The position numbers and the translations under genes were made by a program. Shown one piece after another: positions 37,942 to 47,559 of a DNA stretch of 58,924 nt. The notes below the pieces were generated by a model. That model was given only the letters and a program-made list of their open reading frames with translations. It had not been told where the DNA came from and ran no database searches. The first letter of the stretch is position 1, and each line of letters opens with the position of its first letter. The DNA is from a virus (lineage: Duplodnaviria > Caudoviricetes), in the IMG/VR virus record IMGVR_UViG_3300037119_004955, positions 1-58,924 of that record; one strand, 5' to 3'.

Positions 37942-38516
37942 TCGAACGCCGCCTGAATCTTCTCGGTAAACCCACCGCCCTGTCGTGGGCTGCGCACATT
38001 CTACCTTGGAACTTCTGCACCAAGTGTGATATTGCAGAACGTTGCAAGCATAAAGTCCTCGCTGCTGGAGTGCTGCCTTGCCAGGTGCTGTTCATCGGCG
38101 AAGGCCCAGGTGAGAACGAAGATAATACCGGCATGCCTTTCGTAGGACGTGCCGGCGACGTGTTGCAAAAGTGGATCGATCAATCGCTTTCCGTCACGCA
38201 GTATAGCTACGCAATCACCAATGTTGTGGCCTGTCGCCCTACTAGTCCGGAGGGGATAAATCGTCCCCCAACCGCATTCGAGATAGAAAACTGCAAGGCA
38301 CGTCTGATCAAGACTATCTCGATAGCGAATCCAAAAGGGATTGTACTGTTAGGAGGTATTGCAAGGGACAATCTACCAAACTCATATGCTGGAGAAACGC
38401 TCCACCTTTACCACCCGGCGTATATGTTTCGCGTAGGCAGTCGAAACTCAGATCTGAGTGACAGCCAGGCTGCTAGGTTAACTGATTGGGTCAAGCATCT
38501 TCTGGAGAAAAAATGA
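37938..38516 (+). CDS. Uracil-DNA glycosylase family 4 (Fe-S)
   Basis: CTKC, GEGPGENED..G.PFVGRAG, TNVVACRP, NRPP..EI..C and HPAY motifs. Confidence 0.9.
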   Translation: MIERRLNLLGKPTALSWAAHILPWNFCTKCDIAERCKHKVLAAGVLPCQVLFIGEGPGENEDNTGMPFVGRAGDVLQKWIDQSLSVTQYSYAITNVVACRPTSPEGINRPPTAFEIENCKARLIKTISIANPKGIVLLGGIARDNLPNSYAGETLHLYHPAYMFRVGSRNSDLSDSQAARLTDWVKHLLEKK

Positions 38517-39628
38517 GAGTAGCACTAGCCAAGAAGAAGATGCCAACCGTTCGGTGCCCGCGCAGCTTGGAGTGGGTGCCGAATGATGGCTTGTTCCAAG
38601 GGCGCGAGGAATCGATATGGAACTTCTGGCGGGATGGGGTGACTGCGACTCTCGGTGCGAAGTTCCTCGAATGCAACTACCAGTGTTATCTGATGTTCGT
38701 GAAAGGACTCCGTGCTAGAGAGGTTCCAATCTCGCTGGAGTTCGGCACTGCGATGCACTGGTGTCTAGAACAGATCTACACCCAGTTCCGCAACAGCGGT
38801 AAGAAGTTATGGACGCTGGTCGAGGTTATAGGAATCGCTGCTAGGTACATGGATCGTTGGCGGAGGCTCAACCCGATGCCAACTAAGAGCCAGACCGCGA
38901 TAATGGAGCACGCCATCGGGATGGCCGAGATAATCCTGCCGAGGTATCTTGAGGTGTGGAAGTCTGACTTCGATCCGAAGATCAAGTCGGTGGGCGGGGT
39001 CATTTCTCCAGCGAAGTATCTATCTCTGGAGGAGAAGTTCAAAGTGATGTATACCTATCCGGATGGGCGCAGTGTGCCGCTGCAAGGGAAGCGCGACGTA
39101 AAGTTTGAGAGTGCCGCCGGAATCAAATACATCCGCGATACTAAGTGCCTTTCCATAATCAAAACTAGTGACATACTGGCGACGATACAGTATGACTTTC
39201 AACAGATGCTCTATCTGACGTGCGCCCGCGCAGAAGAGGAAGCAACAGGAATGGATCCAAAGAGAATGACTAAGGGTATCACGATGGATATTATCCGTCG
39301 CCCCGGTCAGAAAATAAGTAAGTACAGGACGCTGCGCGATCTTCTGGAGAAGGTACGAGCCGAAGTGCAGAACGCCAAGAAGGTGGATCACTACTTTGTA
39401 CGCCCGCAAGCATTGGTGTCGCAGTTTGAAATCAAACGATGGGCGGATATGGTGCTGCATCCCACAATGCGAGCGATACGGGAATGGTGGGAAGGAAAAC
39501 GTCCACTAAGTATCACCCCGGCGGCACTAGCCGGCAAGTATGGCATCAGCCCTTATCTCGCGCCGACTAATGGGGACTTCCGAAACACATACGTGTGTCC
39601 AGTGGTATTCCCAGAACTGGAGGATTAA
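38513..39628 (+). CDS. PD-(D/E)XK exonuclease (RecB/Cas4-like)
   Basis: FGTAMH..LE, GKRD, IRDTK and Q.MLY motifs. Confidence 0.8.
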   Translation: MRVALAKKKMPTVRCPRSLEWVPNDGLFQGREESIWNFWRDGVTATLGAKFLECNYQCYLMFVKGLRAREVPISLEFGTAMHWCLEQIYTQFRNSGKKLWTLVEVIGIAARYMDRWRRLNPMPTKSQTAIMEHAIGMAEIILPRYLEVWKSDFDPKIKSVGGVISPAKYLSLEEKFKVMYTYPDGRSVPLQGKRDVKFESAAGIKYIRDTKCLSIIKTSDILATIQYDFQQMLYLTCARAEEEATGMDPKRMTKGITMDIIRRPGQKISKYRTLRDLLEKVRAEVQNAKKVDHYFVRPQALVSQFEIKRWADMVLHPTMRAIREWWEGKRPLSITPAALAGKYGISPYLAPTNGDFRNTYVCPVVFPELED

Positions 39629-39629
39629 C

Positions 39630-39866
39630 GTGGTACGCACAGGAACAATCGTGACCGGCGGAGTTTTGCCGTCCGGAACAAGAGTGAGAATAAATCTAGT
39701 AAGCGTAATCGCCGTGGATGGAGAAGGTGGCTATCGAGGCCACCCACCCATAGCGTATTTTCGCCCAGAAGATGTCGCCCTAGACCAGGAGACCACACAT
39801 GCCGTTGATGGCCAAGAGATCCGTGCTGGCAAAGAAGGAAATAAGCTCCCTTCTACCCAGGCGTAG
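39630..39866 (+). CDS. Hypothetical protein
   Basis: GGAGG RBS before GTG 39630. Confidence 0.45.
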   Translation: MVRTGTIVTGGVLPSGTRVRINLVSVIAVDGEGGYRGHPPIAYFRPEDVALDQETTHAVDGQEIRAGKEGNKLPSTQA

Positions 39867-40704
39867 CCCAATCATCGATACTTTATCTCTGCCGACAGAG
39901 AAGAGCGAGGCTTCGCACAATATTGAGGACTATCTGTACCTCATTCACGGTCTGAAGAAGATCGGCAAGACCACATTCTCCATCCAAGGCGGAAATGTGT
40001 TACTGCTGACCTTCGACCCGGTGGAACCAGCGTACGAGATATTTCAACGGCACTGCCCGAACTGGGAAACGTTCGAGGGATACATCACCCTGCTGGAGCA
40101 AGCTGCTGCGAATGGCTCGTACCCGTATTCGCGCGTAGTGTTCGACCGCACCGACATAGCGTATCGCGAATGCCAAAAGTATATATGTAAGAAGGCGAAG
40201 GTGCGTCACCCCACTGAGGCGAATGATTTCGGTATGACTTGGGACGAGCTATACAAGACGTACGAAGGGGCGGTCAAGAGACTGATGGCCCTCCCCGGCG
40301 GATGTTGGTTTCTCTGCCACTCCGAAAATCAGGAGACAGAGAACCGCAAGGGTGAAAAGCATCAGCTGCTTGCGCCAATGATGAAAGACAAAGCGTCGGA
40401 GGCAATCACTGGCAGGGTGCAGGCTTGGTTTGCCTACACCTATGACGGATCCGACCGGGTGCTTGTAACCCTGGGAGACGAGCGTACAAATGCAGGACAC
40501 AAAATCAAGGGACACTTTCTGACCCAAGACGGTCGGCGGGTGCGCGAAATATACATGGGCGAAAACGAAGAACAGTCGTGGGACAACTTCGTAAACGCAT
40601 TCAACAACAATCAGACTTACGCTACCATCGCCGAGTTGCGCGCAGCAAAGGTGGCGGAGAAACGACTGAAAGGAGGCGGACTAAAGATTAAGCGCGCTGT
40701 GTGA
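39799..40704 (+). CDS. Sak4-like AAA_24 ATPase (recombination)
   Basis: LIHGLKKIGKTT, VVFD and FLCH motifs; between exonuclease and SSB genes. Confidence 0.8.
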   Translation: MPLMAKRSVLAKKEISSLLPRRSPIIDTLSLPTEKSEASHNIEDYLYLIHGLKKIGKTTFSIQGGNVLLLTFDPVEPAYEIFQRHCPNWETFEGYITLLEQAAANGSYPYSRVVFDRTDIAYRECQKYICKKAKVRHPTEANDFGMTWDELYKTYEGAVKRLMALPGGCWFLCHSENQETENRKGEKHQLLAPMMKDKASEAITGRVQAWFAYTYDGSDRVLVTLGDERTNAGHKIKGHFLTQDGRRVREIYMGENEEQSWDNFVNAFNNNQTYATIAELRAAKVAEKRLKGGGLKIKRAV

Positions 40705-40730
40705 TCACAATTTCTGAGAAGGAGCCATCA

Positions 40731-41591
40731 ATGGCTATCGCGAAAAAAGCAGCGGCACCGGTTGCAAAAGCAGCCCCCGCTAAAGTTACGAAGTCAGCAC
40801 CGGCGGTGAAGAGTGCAATGAGTGACGTGGAAAAAGCCTTGCGCGCTATGAAGGACAAATTCAACGCAGCGAAGGAAGCGAGTAACCGTCCGCAGTCCGA
40901 TACTACGCTGACCCATGGCCCGCACATCTGCCGCCTCACTGACGGTGACTTGAAGGTCACCAAGTACGGGCTGTCCATGGTGCTCGAGTGGACCTGCGTT
41001 GAAGAGGTGGAGACCGGCGAGAAAGCAGTTTCAATGCACAGTTTCGGCGAGGCGGACTACATGGAACGCTCGCTCCGCACGCTTCGCATGCTCGGAGCCG
41101 ATGTGGACTCGATCGTGCCCGAGAATCTCCACACTGCGTTGCCTGCCGCTGTAGCTGGCGTCATCGAGGCGCAGCCGTTTGCCAAGATCGGCGTGAATGT
41201 CACCGACTCGGCGGTGAAGGCGTACGTCAACGACGTACTCACCGAGGAGGAAGCCGCTGAGTTCGCAGCTGCTGCCGACTCAATCGCTGAACCCGCTGCC
41301 GAGGAGGAGGTTCCTGCTGAGGAGGAAGCCCCTGCCGAGGAGGAAGCCCCCGCTGAGGAAGAGGCTGCCGCAGAGGAAGCTGTTCCAGATGACGAAGAGG
41401 TGAACATCGGCGACTCGGTGCGGTTCGAATGTGTTCCGCCTACCACATGGAAACTGCCAGCCAAGAAGACAGTCTTCACCGGCAAGGTGACGGCCATAAA
41501 CGAGGCCGAAGGCAAGGCCACCGTGAAGGAAGATAAGACCGGCAAGAGCGTCGTGCTCACCGGTGATCGAATCGAGAAGATCCTGACCTGA
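40731..41591 (+). CDS. Single-stranded DNA-binding protein (DUF669-like) with acidic linker and C-terminal SH3/KOW-like domain
   Basis: OB-like core after Sak4; EEEAPA repeats; AAGGAG RBS. Confidence 0.6.
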   Translation: MAIAKKAAAPVAKAAPAKVTKSAPAVKSAMSDVEKALRAMKDKFNAAKEASNRPQSDTTLTHGPHICRLTDGDLKVTKYGLSMVLEWTCVEEVETGEKAVSMHSFGEADYMERSLRTLRMLGADVDSIVPENLHTALPAAVAGVIEAQPFAKIGVNVTDSAVKAYVNDVLTEEEAAEFAAAADSIAEPAAEEEVPAEEEAPAEEEAPAEEEAAAEEAVPDDEEVNIGDSVRFECVPPTTWKLPAKKTVFTGKVTAINEAEGKATVKEDKTGKSVVLTGDRIEKILT

Positions 41592-41689
41592 AGGCGTCCC
41601 ACGCCCCACTAAGGATTGGACCGCAGGCCGGAGAGGGTAGGGAGTAGTCGCTCTGCCCCTCCGGTCTGATCTTCTGGAGGAAAACAAAC

Positions 41690-42238
41690 ATGAAGTTTTA
41701 CATCGCTGCTCCGTTTTTCAACGACGTACAGTTGGGTGCAGTCAAAGCACTCGAACTCATCATCGAGGAACACGGACATCAGTATCATTCTCCCCGCCTA
41801 CACCCACGTAACGCTGGCGCTAGTAAGCTTGAGAAGCTGACGCAGGATCAGGCTGAGGAGATCTTTCAAGACGACGTCAAAGGCATCGTGCATTCGAATG
41901 CCGTCATCGCCACCCTTGACTGGCTACTCCCAGAGAATGACGTCGTCCAGCATGTCAGAACTACCGGTAGCGAAGTCAAGGTTACGCCGCTTAACCTCCC
42001 CGACACCGGCACCGTGTTCGAGATGGGCTATGCCTACTCATACGGCAGGCCCATCTTCGGGCTTACGTACCGACCAGTCGGAGACCGCCTCAACCTGATG
42101 CTAACGCAGTCTTGCAAGGCCGTGATCTACGGTCTTGATCAGCTTCGTGGTTTTATGTCGAGCGTCAAGACTGGGGTGGCAGGCGACATCTCCTGGGACA
42201 GAACAATAATAGGCGGATGGAAAGGTGAGCACCGATGA
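41690..42238 (+). CDS. Nucleoside 2-deoxyribosyltransferase/nucleotide N-glycosidase family protein
   Basis: YIAAPFF, IFQDDV..I, D.GTVFEMGYA...GRP and NLML motifs. Confidence 0.9.
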   Translation: MKFYIAAPFFNDVQLGAVKALELIIEEHGHQYHSPRLHPRNAGASKLEKLTQDQAEEIFQDDVKGIVHSNAVIATLDWLLPENDVVQHVRTTGSEVKVTPLNLPDTGTVFEMGYAYSYGRPIFGLTYRPVGDRLNLMLTQSCKAVIYGLDQLRGFMSSVKTGVAGDISWDRTIIGGWKGEHR

Positions 42239-42897
42239 AACTGTCCATCGAAGCAATGATGCGTGGCCAAGCCGCAAGGCTTCGAGCCGTTCAACGCTAC
42301 AGTACCTGCGACGTCCACTATCCAGAGAATGTCGCCGAGCACTCGTTCCACGTCGCCTTCTACGCGCTGATGGTCGGCACGTGGTATCTGGATAACGCCA
42401 CCAAGGACCGCATCAGCAACGTGTATTATGATGGCGATTTGTCTCTGGAGAAGTTGCTAAGCCGAGCGATACTCCACGATCTGGAGGAGGCTCGCACCGG
42501 AGACTTCCCGCGATCTTTCAAGCATTCATCCCAGCAGTTGATGCACCAGCTGGACCAGATGGCTAGTGATGCTTTAGTGTCGATACTCGGGGAACTGTGC
42601 CCAGACGCTTTCTCCGCCAATAGCACGGTAGGTGCAAACCTCCTGTCTCACTGGGAAATGGCTAAGGATGAAACTCTCGAAGGTAGTATCATCCTGTTCT
42701 GCGATTACCTTGCCGTTCTCTCATACGTAATGCGAGAGATAGATTCAGGCAACTACTCGATAGTCCGGCATGTGGCGGAAATGGATAAGTATGCCGAAGA
42801 GTTCAAAAATCAAAGGTTTGACTTCATCCGACCTCTCGTTAGCGAGTCGTGGGAACTCCACCAAGCAGTTCTCAAGATCGGACCTAGTCAAACTTAG
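42235..42897 (+). CDS. HD-domain nucleotide phosphohydrolase (YfbR/DatZ-like)
   Basis: RY...ENVAEHS, AILHDLEE..TGD and CD.L motifs. Confidence 0.9.
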   Translation: MKLSIEAMMRGQAARLRAVQRYSTCDVHYPENVAEHSFHVAFYALMVGTWYLDNATKDRISNVYYDGDLSLEKLLSRAILHDLEEARTGDFPRSFKHSSQQLMHQLDQMASDALVSILGELCPDAFSANSTVGANLLSHWEMAKDETLEGSIILFCDYLAVLSYVMREIDSGNYSIVRHVAEMDKYAEEFKNQRFDFIRPLVSESWELHQAVLKIGPSQT

Positions 42898-43267
42898 GAA
42901 ACAACGCGAGGCGATGTACGGCAACACTGCGCATAACATGCGCACGCTGGGCATCGCCTTCACTTCGCTAATCGAGGCGCAGTACGGAATAAGGCTTCCG
43001 TACGCGATTCCTCCCCACGTGGCTGCGCTTGTGATGGTCCATATCAAGACGGTGCGCGCCTGTGGGCCGACGTACCACGGCGACAATTACGACGACGCGC
43101 ACAACTTTCTAACTTTTGCACAGGAATGCGATGAACATATTACTAACCGGCGGCACAAGCGGAATAGGAAGAACGATAGAGCGAAAATTGCGGGAACAGA
43201 AGCACAAGGTATTCGTGGCGGGAAAGGGGGAGCAGTCAGATTACCAGGCGGACTTCAACACCTGTGA
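42791..43267 (+). CDS. DUF6378-like protein
   Basis: R...YG....N....VA..M...K..R......DNY.D..N pattern; overlaps both neighbours; start uncertain. Confidence 0.65.
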   Translation: MPKSSKIKGLTSSDLSLASRGNSTKQFSRSDLVKLRKQREAMYGNTAHNMRTLGIAFTSLIEAQYGIRLPYAIPPHVAALVMVHIKTVRACGPTYHGDNYDDAHNFLTFAQECDEHITNRRHKRNRKNDRAKIAGTEAQGIRGGKGGAVRLPGGLQHL

Positions 43268-43871
43268 CGAGGAAGGAGTAAAAGACATATTCGAGGACGC
43301 TAGTGACGCGATGGGCGGACCGATCGAATGTCTTATCAACAACGCCGGTTGGACGAATATCGATTGGCTAGAAGATCAGGATCCGAGTAAGATGAGCGAG
43401 AACATCAGAGCTAACTTGATATTCCCTATGTTTTTCTCCAGAGAGATGGCGCGCCTAACGCCGGTATCTCCTGGGGGAAAAGCGGGTCTGCGAAAGAGAA
43501 TCATTAACACTGGGTCGATGGCCACCAAGATGTCAATGCGGGCGAGTGCCCCTTACTGCGCTTCCAAGGGTGGGCTGGAAGCGTTCACTCGCCAGGCTGC
43601 AAAGGAATTTGCCGGCAGGAAACCGATAGACATCTTCATGGTATCCCCGTGTACTATTGCCGACACCGCCATGTCCGAGCAGGTAGTCCATGATCTGGTA
43701 AGGACTAGGAGAATGACCGAGGCAGAAGCTCGCAAGTATGCTATGCAGTCTCCGCTCGGTCGCGTCGCCACTCACGAGGAGGTGTGGAGAGCCTTTGACT
43801 TCTTCGTGAATAGAGCAACCTCAGCGTACTCCGGAACTGTATTATACCTAACAGCAGGGATGGGACTATGA
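43131..43871 (+). CDS. Short-chain dehydrogenase/reductase (SDR)
   Basis: TGGTSGIG, INNAG, catalytic S...YCASK and PLGR motifs. Confidence 0.92.
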   Translation: MNILLTGGTSGIGRTIERKLREQKHKVFVAGKGEQSDYQADFNTCDEEGVKDIFEDASDAMGGPIECLINNAGWTNIDWLEDQDPSKMSENIRANLIFPMFFSREMARLTPVSPGGKAGLRKRIINTGSMATKMSMRASAPYCASKGGLEAFTRQAAKEFAGRKPIDIFMVSPCTIADTAMSEQVVHDLVRTRRMTEAEARKYAMQSPLGRVATHEEVWRAFDFFVNRATSAYSGTVLYLTAGMGL

Positions 43872-44086
43872 CAAGGAAAGAACTAGTTATAGCAGTAATC
43901 ACCAGATGTATAAAGCACGATGATTCTGATCCCGACGTGATCATCGCAAGGCTAGCTAAGGATATCGGCAAGGCCAACTTAATAAGCTTTATGACCATGC
44001 CGATCAGGGACATAGTTCAAACACTCGGCGAGCTAACGATCCAAGAGGCGTACGAGATATACAAAAAGTCGAAAGGAGAAGCATGA
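43868..44086 (+). CDS. Hypothetical protein
   Basis: ATGA coupling on both sides. Confidence 0.55.
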   Translation: MTRKELVIAVITRCIKHDDSDPDVIIARLAKDIGKANLISFMTMPIRDIVQTLGELTIQEAYEIYKKSKGEA

Positions 44087-45354
44087 AAGCCAAGATCACT
44101 TTAATGGCGTGGACGCAGCCGCTCATCGAGACGATCTACTGTGAATGGGAGTTGAGTCGATCCGAGGGACCGGTGCCGACTCCGCAGGAGGTGCGGCAGC
44201 TTATCGCTGATGAAAGAATGGTCTCGCGACTGGCCCGGCAAAGAGGAGTAAGCCGCGAGCAAGCCACCGAGATGTTCAAGAGCCATGAGTTCTCGGTCGA
44301 GTTCATCCCAGAAGATCCTCCACTCCCGATGATGGATTATGAGCGTAAGGTGCGGAAGGTGTTCGAAGACTGTGTGCAGATGAAGGTGCCCTTGGCGGAG
44401 ACGGTGGGGTTCGTATTCGCGCTCGAAAACATCTCTATCTCACTCCGCGAACAGCTAGTGCGGCACCGCGTCGGACACAAGTTCGGACCCAACTTCGCAG
44501 TCGGGCTCATGCCAGATGAGCCGTCGTCAAGCTATTGGTCCCAGTCGATGCGGGCGTATAACGTTGGGGCGTTCGCCAAGAACAAGCAATATCTTGTGCC
44601 GACATGGATCGAGGAGCATCTCAACGACCAGATTAATAATCCTGGCATTATGATGGCTGGCGGGGACAAGTGCACGGTGGAGACCGTATATCGAAGGGGG
44701 ATGCGGATGGCAGAGGAACACTACCGATGGCTGATCGAGGCTGGTTGTCCTCCAGAAGATGCCCGCAACCTGCTGCCTGTCGGTATTAATCACCGTCTCA
44801 CATGGTCCTGCAACCTGTCCTCTCTCGTGCACCTGCTCAGCAAACGAGGGTGCTGGATCGCCCAGATGGATATGTGGGAGCCGATCGTCCGCGGTATCGT
44901 GGATGAACTCTGTACCAAAGTGGACCCGTACTTTCGCACCCTGATCGACCCGCCGTGCGTGAGCGGGAATGAGTTCGTCGGCTGCAAGTTCCACAAGGAG
45001 AACAAAGAGTACATTAAAGGAACCGATCCACACTACCCCTGCCCACTCTGGCTACACAACCATGAAGACAAAGTGAGCGAAGGAATCAACGAGGCACAAT
45101 ACGGGCAAGAGACGTGGGGGTGGAACCATTCCCTGGGTGAAAACAAATCGGTGCCTGTAAAGGCGAAGAATGCGTCGGGCGGCCAGATCACCGCTTCTCC
45201 CAGAAGATCGTACGTAAGTGGGGAGCGGAAGATAGGCGAGTCCAAGACCGAAAGTCTCCGTCGTGAGTGGGATGGGTTCGCCAAGCGTAGGGAAGTTTAC
45301 GCGAGTCTGTGGGGGCGTGATCCTTACACTGGCAAAAGGGTTAGGATGGGTTAG
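44083..45354 (+). CDS. thyX: Divergent ThyX-like flavin-dependent thymidylate synthase family protein
   Basis: EQLVRHR, SQSMR, EDARNLLP and R.C..AQ motifs; has insertions and a Cys-containing C-terminal extension. Confidence 0.8.
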   Translation: MKAKITLMAWTQPLIETIYCEWELSRSEGPVPTPQEVRQLIADERMVSRLARQRGVSREQATEMFKSHEFSVEFIPEDPPLPMMDYERKVRKVFEDCVQMKVPLAETVGFVFALENISISLREQLVRHRVGHKFGPNFAVGLMPDEPSSSYWSQSMRAYNVGAFAKNKQYLVPTWIEEHLNDQINNPGIMMAGGDKCTVETVYRRGMRMAEEHYRWLIEAGCPPEDARNLLPVGINHRLTWSCNLSSLVHLLSKRGCWIAQMDMWEPIVRGIVDELCTKVDPYFRTLIDPPCVSGNEFVGCKFHKENKEYIKGTDPHYPCPLWLHNHEDKVSEGINEAQYGQETWGWNHSLGENKSVPVKAKNASGGQITASPRRSYVSGERKIGESKTESLRREWDGFAKRREVYASLWGRDPYTGKRVRMG

Positions 45355-45396
45355 AACTGAATAAAAGGAAAGACATGCTCTCTCGAGGACCGTACA

Positions 45397-47559
45397 ATGT
45401 CAAGGTTGATAGAAGGGGACCTGATAGCGTTTGACACAGAAACGACGGGGCTATACCCATGGAAAGGAGACAAGCCGTTTGCGTTTTCATTCTGTAACGA
45501 AAAGTTTGAGACCGCGTACATCGAGTTCGAAGTAAATCCGTTCAACCGCCAGCCGATCGTAGATCACGACGCACTGGACCTGGCTAGGAAGGTACTGGAA
45601 GATGAGTCCGTTGTCAAAGTAATGCACAACGGTAAGTTTGACGTGCGCATGTGCGATATGGGATACGGCATACATCTGGCCGGTCCTGGCGGGAGGGTTA
45701 GTCAAGGAGGAGACTTCGAAGAAACAATGTTCGCAGCGCATTGCTGCAACTCCCTCGAGCCTACTCTCAAACTCAAAAGGCTCGGTGATAAATACACCCC
45801 GGTGAGTTCAGCCGATGAGAAGGAGTTAAAATCATGCGTCACCAGACTGCGCAAGAAGGCTGAAAAGCTTGGCTGGATGATCAAGATCGAACCGCGCCTC
45901 AAGCCAGAGGGGGAGGTGAAGAGGAAGAAGGATGCTGAGGGCCCAGCTGACTACTGGATACCGTACACGCTCCACCGTCGCCACCCAGAACTCTGTTCCG
46001 AATACGAATCAACGCTGTGCGAGAAGTACGCGGTGTTCGACGCAGTCCGCACAATGTATCTGCATATCCTGTATCGCGACCTGCGGGAGCGGCTGGACGT
46101 AAACCACACCTACCAGTTTGAAAAAACCATATGGCCAATAGTTTACCATATGGAGTATCGCGGCGTGCACGCCTTCCCGGACAAGCTTGAAGATCGGATG
46201 AATGACTGTATCAAGGCGCGCGCCGATCTCTGGAAAAGAATCATCGCTATCAACGATGGACCGCTGAATACCGGCAAGTACTCGGACATGTACAACTACA
46301 TCTACAACATTTGCGAGATACCGTTTGACGAGCGTTGGATGACTAAGAAGTCCCACAAGCCGTCCACCGGTCGCAAGGTGATGGAGATGAATCGCGCTGA
46401 CGAGCGTATTGACATGGTCATCAAGTACAAGGCTAACGGCAAGGCTTTTGATTACTTCGCCGACTATCAGCGGTTGTCTGTCCCAGAAGGTGCCGGCACC
46501 ATCTTACACCCGGATTTCCAGCAGATAGGACCCAAGACCGGACGGTTCGCTTGTCGCAGCCCGAACATCCAGCAAGTCACCGACATTTCCAGCGCGACAT
46601 CGCTCGAGCCTCAAGACATTCGCTGCGTGTTCGGTCCTCGCCCCGGTTACGTGTGGTTCCACAATGACTACAAAGGAATGGAAGTCAACGTGTACGCTGA
46701 TTGCTCGCAGGAGCCTAACATGCTCCGAGCCATCGCCGAAGGCCGAGAGATTCACGATGAGGTCACGAACCGTGCTTGGGGAGGTCGAGGAAACGAACGA
46801 GGTCTAAAGGAGTGCGTACACGTACTGGGGTTGGACGGCACTGACCCAGGCAATAACGATGACTTGGTCAAGCTACTGCGGTCGTGGAGTATTACCCCAG
46901 GTCGTAAGCTGCCGGTGCAAGAAGCGTATGATATCGCTGATGCCTGGATGAGAAAGTTCGACTGGGATATCGTGAAGGCTCAAGCAAGCATCGGAAAAAA
47001 GGTCACCAAGAATAAAGCTAAGATGGTGACCTTCCTGAAGATCTATGGCGGGGGCGTGGATGGTGCAATGACTTTGCTCAAGATGAGCAGAGAAGAGACG
47101 TATGACTTCCTACAGCACTACAACAACACCTTCCCCCGAATCCCAGAATACCAAGCAGAATTATCTGAGCAGGCTAAGCTAGATGGGTACGTCAGAACTT
47201 TGTATGGCAGGCGTCTTGAAGTTCGCCGCTACAAGGCTTATCAAGCGGTGAACTACGTTGTACAAGGTACTTCCGCCGACCTGCTCAAGGCCGCCATGAT
47301 CAAATGTTCCAACCACTTCCATAGAAACTGGCTAGACGCTCACATCATTATGCCGGTACACGACGAACTAGCTTTTGAAATCAACAGGCGGGATATGACT
47401 TATCGACTCGCCAACGAGATCTGCGACTTTATGGAGGACACCGATGGAAATATAAACGTGCCGATGAAGGTTGATCCCTCTCTTGTGACCGAGCGGTGGT
47501 CAATCAAGGAAAAGGTTACGCTTGATAGGAAAGCGTGGGCATTGAGGAAGGCGGCATGA
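45397..47559 (+). CDS. Family A DNA polymerase with 3'-5' exonuclease
   Basis: DTETTGL, HN.KFD, YA..D, TGRFAC..PNIQQ, DY..ME, K...F...YG, QGTSAD and VHDE motifs. Confidence 0.95.
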   Translation: MSRLIEGDLIAFDTETTGLYPWKGDKPFAFSFCNEKFETAYIEFEVNPFNRQPIVDHDALDLARKVLEDESVVKVMHNGKFDVRMCDMGYGIHLAGPGGRVSQGGDFEETMFAAHCCNSLEPTLKLKRLGDKYTPVSSADEKELKSCVTRLRKKAEKLGWMIKIEPRLKPEGEVKRKKDAEGPADYWIPYTLHRRHPELCSEYESTLCEKYAVFDAVRTMYLHILYRDLRERLDVNHTYQFEKTIWPIVYHMEYRGVHAFPDKLEDRMNDCIKARADLWKRIIAINDGPLNTGKYSDMYNYIYNICEIPFDERWMTKKSHKPSTGRKVMEMNRADERIDMVIKYKANGKAFDYFADYQRLSVPEGAGTILHPDFQQIGPKTGRFACRSPNIQQVTDISSATSLEPQDIRCVFGPRPGYVWFHNDYKGMEVNVYADCSQEPNMLRAIAEGREIHDEVTNRAWGGRGNERGLKECVHVLGLDGTDPGNNDDLVKLLRSWSITPGRKLPVQEAYDIADAWMRKFDWDIVKAQASIGKKVTKNKAKMVTFLKIYGGGVDGAMTLLKMSREETYDFLQHYNNTFPRIPEYQAELSEQAKLDGYVRTLYGRRLEVRRYKAYQAVNYVVQGTSADLLKAAMIKCSNHFHRNWLDAHIIMPVHDELAFEINRRDMTYRLANEICDFMEDTDGNINVPMKVDPSLVTERWSIKEKVTLDRKAWALRKAA

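Noticed and set aside
38513-39628. Cas4 as part of a CRISPR system
   Set aside because: Sits in the usual exonuclease-Sak4-SSB recombination module with no array
41690-47559. Z-genome (2-aminoadenine) or 7-deazaguanine system
   Set aside because: HD and MazG genes are present, but no purZ, folE, queC/D/E or dpdA homolog is recognisable
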